NCBI GenBank assembly: GCA_043228905.1
Contig: JBHGNT010000002.1
Coordinates: 4,650,001-4,714,000 of the forward strand
Origin: Azolla caroliniana
Taxonomy: Eukaryota; Plantae; Polypodiophyta
DNA length: 64,000 nucleotides
Direction of reading: 5' to 3'
Shown here: positions 27,412-38,920 of the stretch, in pieces
How positions within the stretch are numbered: the stretch's first letter is position 1
Layout: the number at the start of each line of letters is the position of its first letter
Position numbers and translations under genes: made by a program
Notes under the pieces: model-generated
Told to the model about the DNA's origin: nothing
Databases searched by the model: none
The model's input: only the letters and a program-made list of their open reading frames with translations

Positions 27412-30400
27412 ATGGAAGGCGGCGGCAGCGGGCAGCCGGGGATGATGGTGCTGAATGCGCATAATTACGCCGACTGGAAGATCAAGATGGAGGATCTTCT
27501 GATTGTTCGGGACCTGTATGAACCGATTGACAGGTCGGAAATACCGAAGGGGGTACTTGAGTCGGAGTGGAAGCTCCTGAACCGGAAAGCCGTAGCGACG
27601 ATCCGACAATATGTCGATGTAAGCGTCCTACAACATGTGGCGAACGACACCAACGCATATGAGATGTGGAAGAAGCTGTCGGCCCTCTACGAGAGGAAGA
27701 ATGCGTTGAACCGGACCTCCCTGATGAGGAAGATAGTGAATCTCAAGTACCGGGACGGCGAGAGTATGGTGGAACACGTAAGCACGTTCATGGGATTCGT
27801 GAATCAGCTTGCGGCGATCAAGTTCCCGTTGGAGGATGCAATGCAAGCCATCATCCTGATGTGTACATTGCCGGAAAGCTGGGAGAACTTGGTGGTGACT
27901 CTCAGCACCTCCTGCACAGAAGATAACTTGTCTCTACAAACGGTAAAGACAAGTATTTTGAACGAAGAAGCGCGTCGGAGAGATAAAGAACCGGCCTCCG
28001 ACCCGAAGGCGCTGCTTACCGAATCGGATCGGGGAAGACAATGGAACCGGAGTCCGCAAAGACGGGAGAAGTCGGGGACCCGGTCGCAGTCAAGAGGAAG
28101 ACCCACATGCTTCCACTGTGGGAAGCCGGGGCACTTCCGAAAGAATTGTCGGCATTACCGAAAAGACAACGGAGCCGACGACACCGATTCGAAGAAGTCA
28201 CCGGAGAGAAACGGTGCATACCGGGGAGCCACGGACCGGAGAGGTTCGGATCGGCGAGGGCAGGACCGGAAAGGAACAACGGCACTCGCGGCAAGTGAGG
28301 AAGAAATCATGCTCATCACCGAAGAAGGTGAACTAAACATTGCCGGCGATGAGACGACCTGGGTGGTCGATTCCGGAGCATCGTTCCACCTGACCCCGGA
28401 GAGAAGATACTTCTCATCCTACACAGCCGGTGAGCATGGCTGTGTTCGGATGGGGAATGAAGGTACGTGCCGGATTGCCGGCATAGGAGACGTGTGGTTG
28501 ACAACCCCGACCGGATGCAAAATGCTGCTGAAGGATGTCCGACACGTTCCGGAGGTTCGATTGAACCTGATTTCGGCCGGGAGGCTAGACGATGAAGGCT
28601 ACACAGGTAGCATCCGGAACGGCGTAATGAAGTTCAGCAAGGGGAGCCTGATAGTGGCTCGGGCCCGGAAAGACAACACACTGTACCTGATGAATGCCCG
28701 GTTATGTCCGGAAGAGCTGAATGTGGCAGCCGACACTGTCGGTGAGCTGTGGCACAAAAGACTGTGCCACATGAGTGAGAAGGGGATGAAGAGGCTTGCA
28801 GAAGACAACCTTATTCCAGTGAAGCAAGTGCACCTGGAGAAGTGCACCGATTGCCTGGCTGGTAAACAGAACCGAACCTCCTTCCATTCAAGGCCACCGA
28901 CGAGACGTAGCGCACCATTGGAGTTGGTGCACACTGATGTGTGTCAGGTAGAAACGAAGTCACATGGCGGAGCCCAGTACTTCGTAACATTCGTTGATGA
29001 TCACAGTCGGAAGCTGTGGACGGCACCGTTGAAGACAAAGGACCAAGTGTTGTGCGTCTTCAAAGAACTCCACGCGAGAGTGGAAAGGGAATCCGGCAAG
29101 AAGCTGAAAGCGATACGAGCGGATAACGGAGGGGAATACCGGGGGCAGTTCCAGGAGTACTGTCGCTCGAAGGGAATCCGGCTCGAGTTTACTGTGCCGA
29201 AGACGCCGGAACTGAACGGGCTGGCCGAGAGGATGAACCGGACCATAATGGAGAGGGTCCGGAGTATGCTGGCACATGCGAAATTACCCAAGGGGTTTTG
29301 GGCTGAGGCAATGTCGACGGCGACATATGTGATAAATAGATCACCCTCAGTACCTTTGGACGGAGACACGCCGCAGAAAGTGTGGACCGGTAAGGAAGTG
29401 TCCTACCGGCACCTGAAGGTGTTCGGGTGTCTCGCATACGTGCATGTGGCAAAGGACCGGAGAGGAAAGCTAGATCCAAAGACCCGGCCATGCATATTCC
29501 TCGGTTACGGCGACGATGAGTTCGGCTACCGAGTATGGGACCCGGTCGACAAGAAGATATTCAGGAGTCGAGATATCATCTTCATGGAGGACAAGACACT
29601 CGCCGACTGGGAGTCGGAGAAGAAGATGAAGAGCTCCAAGTCGACCGGTGAGGATCAACTCTACAAGGAGCAGTCCCGACCGGCAAGAGACCGGTTAGCA
29701 CTCGAGGATCCGGCCGAAGACAGTGAAGAAACAGAACCGGCCGAAGAAGATGAAAATGATACCGGAACCGGCCCCGATCCCGAAATGGATTCGGATGAAG
29801 AAGAATCGGAAGAACCGGTTACCGAAGCTCCGGAACGGAGATACCCTCTAAGAGAGAGAAGGGCCCCCCGGAGATTCCCGGAACCAGAGCACGTGTTGCT
29901 AACCGACGAGGGGGAGCCGGAGAGCTTTGAAGAAGCAAAGCATGACACCCAGAGCCGCAGGTGGTTGAGTGCCATGCAGGACGAGATGGATTCCCTGCAT
30001 GAGAACCACACATATGAACTTGTGGAGTTGCCGAAAGGAAAGAGGGCACTTCGAAACAAGTGGGTGTTCAAGCTGAAACCGGGAGATGCCGGAAACCCCC
30101 CGAGATACAAAGCCAGGATCGTGGTGAAGGGGTTCCAGCAGAAGAAGGGTGTGGACTTCGACGAGATATTTGCCCCGGTAGTGAAGATGACCTCCATCCG
30201 GACGGTGCTGAGCATAGCGGCAAGCATGGACCTCGAGGTAGAACAGATGGACGTGAAGACGGCTTTCCTTCACGGTGACCTCGAAGAAGAGATCTACATG
30301 CAGCAACCGGAAGGATTCGAGAAGAAAGGGAAGGAGCACCTGGTATGCCGGTTGAAGAAGAGCCTTTACGGACTGAAGCAGGCTCCCCGGCAATGGTACC

Positions 30401-31485
30401 GGAAGTTCGACTCCTTCATGACCGACGAAGGGTACCTCAAAACGCAGTCCGACCACTGCGTGTTTGTGAAGAAGTTCGAAGGAGGAGACTCTCTAATACT
30501 CCTCCTATACGTGGACGACATGTTGATCGTCGGACGGGACCAGGTCAAGATACGGATGCTGAAGAAGGCTCTTCACCGAACCTTCTCAATGAAGGACTTG
30601 GGTCCGGCGAGGCAAATACTAGGGATGCACATCATCCGGGACCGGAGCAAGCAGCAGTTGTGGCTGTCACAGGAGAAGTACGTGACGAAGGTGCTTCACC
30701 GGTTCAACATGTCGGAAGCAAGACCGGTCGGATCGACCCTCCCGGCAAACTGCAAGCTGTCCAGCAAGCAAAGTCCCAAGACAAAGGCTGAAAAGGAGGA
30801 TATGATGAAAGTACCGTATGCCTCAGCCGTCGGAAGCCTGATGTACGCCATGGTGTGTACGAGACCGGACATCGGATATGCAGTCGGAGTGGTGAGCCGG
30901 TACATGAGCAATCCCGGCAAAGAGCATTGGAATGCGGCCAAGTGGATACTCCGATACCTGAAGGGCACGGCAAACGTGTGCCTCCGATTCGGCTCCGGTA
31001 AGCCCGAACTCGACGGCTTCACCGATTCGGATATGTCGGCTGATGCAGATACCAGCCGGTCCACATAAGGGTATGTGATGACGTATGCAGGGGGAGCCGT
31101 TTCGTGGCAGTCGAGGCTGCAGAAGACGGTTGCGTTGTCAACCACGGAGGCGGAGTACATGGCGGCTGTTGAAGCCGGCAAGGAAATAATATGGATGAAG
31201 GACTTCATTAGAGAGCTCGGTATCCAGCAGGAGGAGTACCGACTCTACTGTGACAGTCAGAGTGCCATCCACCTTGCGAAGAACGCGGCTTATCACTCCC
31301 GGACGAAGCACATCCAGCGAAGATATCACTGGATCCGGGAAAGGATAGAAGACAAAGAGTTCGTGCTGACGAAGATCCACACGGACGAGAACGGGTCGGA
31401 TATGCTGACTAAGGTACTTACACCCGACAAGCTGGAAGCATGCCGGAAGAGGATCGGATTGGAGAGACATCCCATGCCGAAGTGA
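27412..31485 (+). CDS. Copia-3 gag-PR-INT-RT-RH polyprotein with one in-frame TAA at 31066-31068
   Basis: 1218-aa ORF plus same-frame continuation; CFHCGKPGHFRKNC, VDSGAS, ADNGGEY, LYVDDML, YHSRTKHI. Confidence 0.93.
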
Positions 31486-34400
31486 AGGGGGAGTTTGTTG
31501 GGATTTACGGTCCCTCCGGATGGGATGTCCGGAGCCGGATGATGAAGACCCCGGTTACGGAGCCGGATGATGAAGAGCCCGGTTACGGAGCCGGATGAGG
31601 AAGACCCCGGTTACGGAGCCGGATGAGGAAGTCCCCGGTTACGGAGCCGGATGATGAAGACCCCGGTTACGGAGCCGGATGAGGAAGACCCCGGTTACGG
31701 AGCCGGATGACGAAGACCCCGGTTACGGAGCCGGATGACGAATGTACCCGGAGAGAGATCCGGATGCGGAGACATATTTGTGAATATGTTTGCCAAGAGC
31801 CCTTGAGGCTATATTTGTAAATAGCCCGAAAGTCATATGTGTATAAATATGACTTAGGGCAAACAGTTTTAATGTTGCTTATCATTTTTCTGTTTTTCCA
31901 CTCTAGAGGAGTGAAGAGAGAGCAGCCGTGAGAGAGAGAGAGAGAGAGGGATAGAGCGTGAGAGAGGAAGAGGTCGAAGCCTCTGTGTATTTCCGCCTCC
32001 TGTGGCGAGGACAGCGAGCTCAAGGTCGTCGCCTTGCTGCTCACCATTGTATACTTCTCTGTATAGTGTTGGTTTGGAGTCTTGTACTCCCGTGGTTTTT
32101 CCCGTCTAGGGTTTTCCACGTTAATCCCTGGGTGTTCGCGTTTTGTTTCTCTTTGTGGTTCCTATTTTCTGCTGCATCGATTCGCGCTTACTCGGTTGTG
32201 GCCGAGGGAAGAAGGTTAATCGTGTGGTTGATTCCTAACAGTCGGCATCGTTGGTCGAGAAAAGGCAAGGGCGGAGGAGCGACTTCGAGCGTGCGGAGTT
32301 CTCGGCCCGGACGAGGAAATCAGCGGAGCCGTGGAGGCGGTCTCCTTCGACGACACCTTGGGGATGCTGAGGGAGGTAGCCGGAGAAGACCTTAACGAAG
32401 ACCGGACGATACCGGTATGCTCCGAAGAGATGTACGAAGTCATCGCGAACTTCAGTCAGGGGCTCGGGTCGGATCGGACGGCCCGGGTTAGCACGAAGTA
32501 CAAGACTGTGGACCGAAAGGTAAGGCCAGTCGCGGCACCCTTACCGGAGGGCAGCGAGTCCCGGATCAGAGGGGTTGCATCGGACCCCAGTTTGCGAGAT
32601 CCGGTCTGCATAGGACACACCTTCACCGACGGGATGCTCCGGGAGCTCAAAATCGGTGGGGGCGGGTTCCTACTGCCGGCGGAGGAAGACCGGTTTCGGA
32701 GAATGCTCAGAAGGCACGGGAAAGCCTTCGCATTCTCACCAGAAGAGATCGGGTGTGTAGACCCGACAATCGTGGAGCCGATGGTGATATTCACGGTACC
32801 GCATGTGCCGTGGAATCTCAAGCCGATTCCAGTACCGAGAGCTCACATCCCGAAGTTGATGGAGCTATTGAGGCAGAAAGTCGATATGGGCATTCTCGAA
32901 CCGTCGAGTGCCCCATACTCGAACCGGTGGTTTACCGTACCAAAGAAAAACGGAACATTGCGCTTCATTCAAGACCTGCAGCCGGTCAACAGAGTGACCA
33001 TTCGGAACGCAGGAATCGGACCGACCATAGACGAGTTCGCGGAGGCCTTCGCCGGAAGGTCGATTTACTTGGTCGGTGACCTGTACTCGGGGTACGACCA
33101 GTTCCAGCTAGCTGTGGAGAGCAGAGACATTACGACGATGCGAACTCCCCTCGGCCTAGTGCGAATGTGTACCCTGCCACAAGGAGGGACCAACTCGGTG
33201 GCCCACATGGTGAATGCAATGAACAAGGTACTGAGGGATTGCATCCCGGACATCACCATGCCATTTCTAGACGACATCCCGATCAAGGGGTGCCCAGTGG
33301 AAGAGAAGGACGAGACACTCGGGCCGGATGGATGCCGACGATTCGTGGCAACACACATCGACGACTGCGAGAAGGTGCTACGAAGGCTAGAGGTTGCGAG
33401 GCTCACCTTCTCCGGGGAGAAATCGGCCTTTGGGCAATCAGAAATCCTGGTGGTCGGACACCTATGTGGACCATATGGCCGGAAGCCGTCCCCGGCAAAA
33501 GTAGAAGCCATCTCCGCGATGAAGACCGATTGTAGCTCGGTTACGGAAGTTCGGAGGTTCCTGGGGGCGTGCGCATTCTACCACATATGGATCCCGCATT
33601 ACGCCCACGTTGCGGAGCCGCTATACGGGTTGCTGAAGAAGGGGCGAAAATTCGAGTGGCGAGACGAGCACACGGAGTCGGTCCGGAAGCTAAAGGAAGC
33701 TCTTGCGGCAGCACCGGCGCTCCGGAAGGCTGTCTACGAGAAGGGTACCCCGGTATACATAACGGTGGATACGAGTCCGACCGGGATCGGATGGGTCGTC
33801 AACCAAGAAGACGAGGACGGCATTCGGTTCCCGATCCGATTCGGCGCAAAGGTCCTCAGTGAGCGACAGCGAGGGTACGACCAGGTTAAACGCGAACTCT
33901 GGGGTATCGTTTCGGCAGTAAAGGCCGACAAAGACTACCTGATCGGGACAGAAGTGATTATCGAGACGGATTGCCTGCCAATTCTCAGCATGGTTTCCGG
34001 ATGCGCGACACCGGACCTGGCGATGCTCAGGTGGATAGCGTACATGAAGTCCCTGGACCCGGAAATACGACACATTTCCGGAAAGGACAATGCCATGGCC
34101 GACATGCTTTCGAGGGTGATGTTTGATGACGAGGGCGGCATGGTTTCGGAGGACGAAGAAGTCGGCGTGGACTTCTTCGAGGCGGCGTACGTGACGACCG
34201 ATGGGGCGAGCACTCCGGCACTTAACGGCTTCGACAAGAGCAAGTACGACGGCGAGTGGCTACAGATCGGTGGTTTTTTGAGGACAATGACGCCGGATGC
34301 GTCATGGACGAGGGACGAGGCCAACCGGATCCGGAAGAAAGCATACCGATTCTTTCTCCGGGACGGATACTTATGGAAGCACCCGAAGAAGAGGAACGGC

Positions 34401-36331
34401 GTCCCGCTCCGGGTGGTGGCGATGAAGGAAGAACAGGAGGAGCTGCTGACGGCCTACCACGACAGCCCTTGGGCTGGACACCGTGGAACGTGGGCCACGT
34501 TCGAAAAGATAAAGGGGAAGTACTGGTGGCCGGGACTGTACCGGGACGTGCATCGGTTCGTGACAACTTGCGAGAGCCGTCAGATGCACTCCATAGTCCG
34601 ACATCGGGACGAGCTTCACCCTACGTACCCTCCGACCATCCACTTCAAATGGATGGTAGATCTGGTGACGATGCCGATGGGAGTAGGACAGATGTGGTAT
34701 CTGGTCCTGGCTCGGGAAGATCTGACGAACCAGGTGGAAGGCCGAGCCCTTCAGAACAAAACGACCGCGGCCGTATGTCGGTTCCTGATCGAGGAGTGAT
34801 ATGCCGGTACGGGTGCGTCGGGAAGATCGTGGCTAATCGCGGGGAGTTGGACGCCGAAGAGGCCGAGGAGTTGTTCGACCGGCTAGGAGTCAAGCTCTCG
34901 CTTACCACTACGTACAATCCGGAGGCGAATGGAAAGGTGGAGCGCGGACACGGACCGATCGTCAAGGCGTTAGTTCGGGCATGCGGAGGTCAAGTCGGGA
35001 ATTGGCCGCGGCTGCTGCCTTACGCGTTGTGGGCGGACCGAACTACGCACAGTTCGGTAACCATATTCATGCCGGCAGAGCTCATGTTTGGGCAAAAGCC
35101 GATCATGCCAATGGAACGTACGATCTCCTCATGGGCAGTCGTGGACTGGAGAGACGAGATGAGCCGGGAGGAACTGTTGGCGGCGCGCATACGACAGCTC
35201 GAGCGAAGACCGGAGGACGTGGAGCAGGCTGCGGGAAAGCTTCGGGTGGCAAGGACGAGGAACAAAGCCCGGTTCGACCGGACGCACCGGCCCCGACCAA
35301 GGAAGATCAAGGAAGGCGACTGGGTGCTAGTCTACGACAGCAGCCTCGACAACCAACACCGAGCGACACGGAAGTTCGCAAGAAGGTGGTTCGGGCCTTA
35401 CGTGGTACAAAGCGCCAACGACAACGGGACGTACCATCTGGCGGAACTCGACGACACGAGAATGGCGATACCGGTAGCTGGGAAGCGGATCAAAGCGTTC
35501 AAGAAGCGTCACGACGACGAGCCGGATCCGGTTAACCTGGACCGCGACGACGAACGATCCGAAACCGAGGAAGAACCGACGGGCGGGGAATGAAGGCTGG
35601 ACCGGTTTTCTCCGTCCCAACTCAATTTGGCGCATGCCGGTGGATGCGCGGTTAGGTGGGGGCGGATGTCGTGAAGAAAACCGTCCACAAGCGGAATCGG
35701 TGCACCGGAGCGTAGGAACCGGCTCTTCATGCACGTACGCCTTATGTAGTACATAAGAGAGAATTAGGTACATAGAAGATCCTAGGTAGGTAGATTCGGT
35801 AGGTAGGAAGTTAATGGGGAACGGCTCCTTTCTTGCCTATAAAAGGAGGGAGACGGGGAGGACATGAAAAAGGGGGGGGATCGCGGTTAGAGAGGACGAA
35901 GTGCTGTCGGGTTGTCGGCCGAAGGCTTCTCTCTCTTCCATACTCTGTAGCTTCTTCCTGTGCAGGTTTTCGGGAGGTTCGCGCTGCTCTGAGGAATGCC
36001 CGAGTGCTTCCGGCAGCACCTCCAACCTACTCCTTTCTTTCTGAGCGTTTACGAACAGGCATCGGCATCTGTTCGCCGGCCTGTTCGGTTGTAACCGACT
36101 TCGTGCTTCTTGTTGTTTGTCCTTGTTAATATATTTATACATACATTCGTGTCTCTCTGCGTCGGTGTCCCACTCGCGTCTTTGTGTCGAAGGGTCGTGT
36201 CCCTGTGAATCTACGCCCACACGTAGTGGGTCCCTTCCCTTCTCCTTTGTCTCTTGCTCTTCGGTACAAGACCCTCGAGGCCCCGCCTCATTCCACGCAT
36301 CCGCGAGGAATACCTCGACAACGTAACAGTG

Positions 36332-36367
<36 letters not shown>

Positions 36368-38199
36368 CCGTTGCCTCTGTTGTAACCGCCGCCTGTGGCG
36401 AAGATCGTGAGCACGAGGTCGTTGCCTCCGTGAACTCACTGTTGTACATTCTAACATAGTGATAGTTTGCAGCCTGTGGGCTGCCGTGGTTTTTCCCTTA
36501 GTTTGGGTTTTCCACGTAAACATCCTGTGTACTCTTCTCTTCTTCATGTCGTGCATTCTTTCACCGTTTTTCTGTGTATGATTCTAAGCTCGGTTGTGGC
36601 CAAGCATTGCGCATAGGGGACGTAGAGTTCCTATCAGTATACGTGATGCAACCACCGGGGTTTGAGATGCCGAATTCAGAAAACAAAGTATGCAAGCTAA
36701 AGAAGGCGTTGTATGTCTAAAGCAAGCACCAAGAGCTTGGAACAAGAGGATAGACAACTTCTTACGATCAATCGACTTTAAGCAATGTGCTTCGGATGCA
36801 AGTATGTATGTCAAAATGAAGGACGGGAAACAAGTCAATCATCATCATTTACGTGGATGACCTAGTTCTTACTGGTTACCATGATGAGTGCATTGGCCAA
36901 ACACAAGAGTGTTTGAAAACTGACTTTGAAATGACAGACTTGGGGATTCTACAGTACTTCCTTGGAATTGAGGTTTGGCAAACTTTAGTTGGCATCTTCA
37001 TGTCACAAAGAAAGTATGCAACAGAGATCTTGAAGACCTTTGGGATGATGGACAGCAAGTCGAAGTCAACTTCAATGGAGTCAAACTACAAACTATCCCA
37101 AGAAGACCCATCACCAATGGTTGACATAAGGAAGTATAGACAACTAGTAGGAAGTCTAATTTTCCTATGCAACACTAGGCCGGATATTTGTTTTGCAGTC
37201 AATGTGGTGAGTCGATTCAACAACAAGCTGAAGGAGACTCATTGGAAAGCTGCTCTTCGTGTATTAATGTACATTGTGGGTACTTTAAATTACAAAATCT
37301 TCTACAAGCCAACAATTGACGAACTTAGTGGGTATTGCGACTCCGACTGGGCTAGAGATAGTGATTCCAGAAAATCAGTTTCTGGATATTGTTTTCAATC
37401 GGTTTTGGAGCTGTTTCATGGAGTAGTAAAAAACAACCAACAGTGGCACTATCTTCAACGGAGGCAGAATACAAAGCAGCATGCATAGCGGCATGCGAGG
37501 TAGTTTGGCTAAGAAGAATCCTTACGGATGTGGCATTTCCAATAAGGACGTCAACGGTATTGAGGTGTGACAATCAGTGTTGCATGGCCATTGCCAAGAA
37601 CCCCGTATTCCATGCACGTACTAAACACATAGAGATTCAATATCACTATGTGTAAGAGCTAATAAATGATGAGACTGTGGAGCTTGAGTATTGTCTGACA
37701 TCAGAAAATGTTGTGGATATCTTCACAAAGGCACTTGGAGCAGAACAGTTACAACAACACCTTCGACGACTAGGAGTTGGCCCAATTCCAAGTGAACTCA
37801 ATGGGTTGATCATTGAGGGGGCGTTGTCGTGAAGATTTTCGGCAATAGTGTGAAAATCCCATAAAACGTACAAAATCGAGTATGAATCACGTAATACAAT
37901 AATTGTGAAGATAACATTTTTAATATCTAAGTACAAAATGATGGAGGTTTCGAATGCACTTTATTACACGAGAAATAGACAACTAAATGTCAAGATATGA
38001 GGGTATAAAGTTTGTGAAAAGAAAAGAGAAAATTGTGAGATATCCCACATAGGCACGACAAATACGGCTCTCATCATATATAAGGTGGAGCAAAAGATAT
38101 TATCTTTGTGTCTATGTGTGGAGCATAGAGAGTTCAAGGTAACTTGAACTTAGAGTGGAGGTCGCTAGCTACTCAAAAAGGGTTTTGGCCGACCAAAAC

Positions 38200-38345
38200 C
38201 GGACCGGCGATGGAGCCGGTGATCCGACGGCATCCGACGGCAATCCGGCGGCGGCATGCGGCACCGATATCTGGCGGCGGCATCCGGCGTCGGCATCCGA
38301 CGGCGGCACCGGTATCCGGCGACGGCATCCGGCGAACCGGCGACT
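38200..38345. repeat. Degenerate ~13-bp CATCCGGCGGCGG array in the Gypsy-B LTR (shorter in the 3' LTR)
   Basis: Direct reading; accounts for most of the LTR length difference (1029 vs 981 bp). Confidence 0.8.
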
Positions 38346-38387
38346 TGATAAAATAAATATATAAAAATATATACATATTTACATATA

Positions 38388-38460
38388 CAAAGAGGGCATG
38401 GATTCGAACCTTGCACCTCCAAGTTAGGAGTCAAATGGCTTACCATTAAGCCATGGTATT
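38388..38460 (-). ncRNA. tRNA-like / Pol III box A-box B cassette inside the Gypsy-B LTR (second copy ~45180-45252)
   Basis: Minus strand TGGCTTAATGG (box A) ... GGTTCGAATCC (box B) at tRNA-like spacing; D-stem GCTT/AAGC; loop CTCCTAA; acceptor and anticodon stems degenerate. Confidence 0.6.
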
Positions 38461-38920
38461 TAGTTGAAATTATATTTCTATCATTGTACTTTTACATGTA
38501 AATTCTCATCCATGAGAGCTAAAATGAGTGACATGGTTAGCATGCACCACATGTAATACTTAAGCGCCAAATGGCAAACATGCAATTTATGCATGTCTTG
38601 TACCCTCACATGCATCATATGCATGAGAGCATCTATAAAAGAGGGAAGGGGGAGGAGAAAAATACGGTTTTTTTTATGAAAATTAAGAGGAAGAAATTCG
38701 TTATCAAATTGATCGTGTAATCTCAACTTCTCTCTTTTCCAATCTATCTTAAGTACTTTCTCGCCAAAGCTTGTATCGACTCTAAATCCTTCTGGTCCAG
38801 AACCCCGGCGGTTTCGCCTCACGATCCGCGCGTAGTGACGGATCTTCACGACATAATTAAGTGGTGAACCCGACGTGAAAGAGGCGGTAGGAAGGATCAA
38901 GTCGAGATTAATACTTGGAG

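Larger units (their letters stand above)
26581..32240 (+). mobile_element. Copia-3, innermost and near-intact Tnt1/Tork-like element
   Basis: TSD GTCGG; LTRs 26581-27381 and 31496-32240 nearly identical apart from two 28-bp units; PBS TGGTATCAGAGC (iMet) 27385-27396; PPT AAGTGAAGGGGGAG. Confidence 0.96.
26426..35593 (+). pseudogene. Gypsy-A pol (RT-RH-INT) in the -1 frame, split by Copia-3, with a frameshift near 34797
   Basis: DLYSGYDQF, PFLDDIPIKG, VDTSPTGIGW, H..GH..C, YNPEANGKVERGH, WFGPY. Confidence 0.88.
23612..36320 (+). mobile_element. Gypsy-A, inserted in the Copia-2 3' LTR
   Basis: 654-bp LTRs 23612-24265 and 35667-36320; 4-bp TSD ACGT; PBS 24269-24286; domain order gag-PR / RT-RH-INT. 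Confidence 0.93.
18387..36636 (+). mobile_element. Copia-2 (Tnt1/Tork-like), inserted in Copia-1 RT
   Basis: TSD GTATA at 18382-18386 and 36637-36641; 5' LTR 18387-19157; 3' LTR 23251-36636 split by Gypsy-A; mutated iMet PBS at 19160; PPT GAGTGAAGGGGGAG. Confidence 0.93.
15484..37800 (+). pseudogene. Copia-1 gag-pol (gag, zinc knuckle, PR, INT, RT, RH), disrupted by stops and split by Copia-2 at 18387-36641
   Basis: KLDGTNY, WILDSGAS, LRSDRGGEF, QMDVKSAFLNG..EEVY|VMQPPGFE, IYVDDL, GYCDSDW, HARTKHI. Confidence 0.88.

Noticed and set aside
31066-31068. Programmed stop-codon readthrough in Copia-3 pol
   Set aside because: The TAA falls at a Ser codon in the RNase H motif STSGY; Copia-2 has TCC there, so it is a simple nonsense mutation
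13516-31745. LTR tandem arrays as CRISPR-like repeats
   Set aside because: Units are head-to-tail with no unique spacers, there are no cas genes, and the arrays are duplicated in paired LTRs
38388-38460. Functional tRNA-Arg(CCT) gene
   Set aside because: Acceptor and anticodon stems do not pair; reported only as tRNA-like
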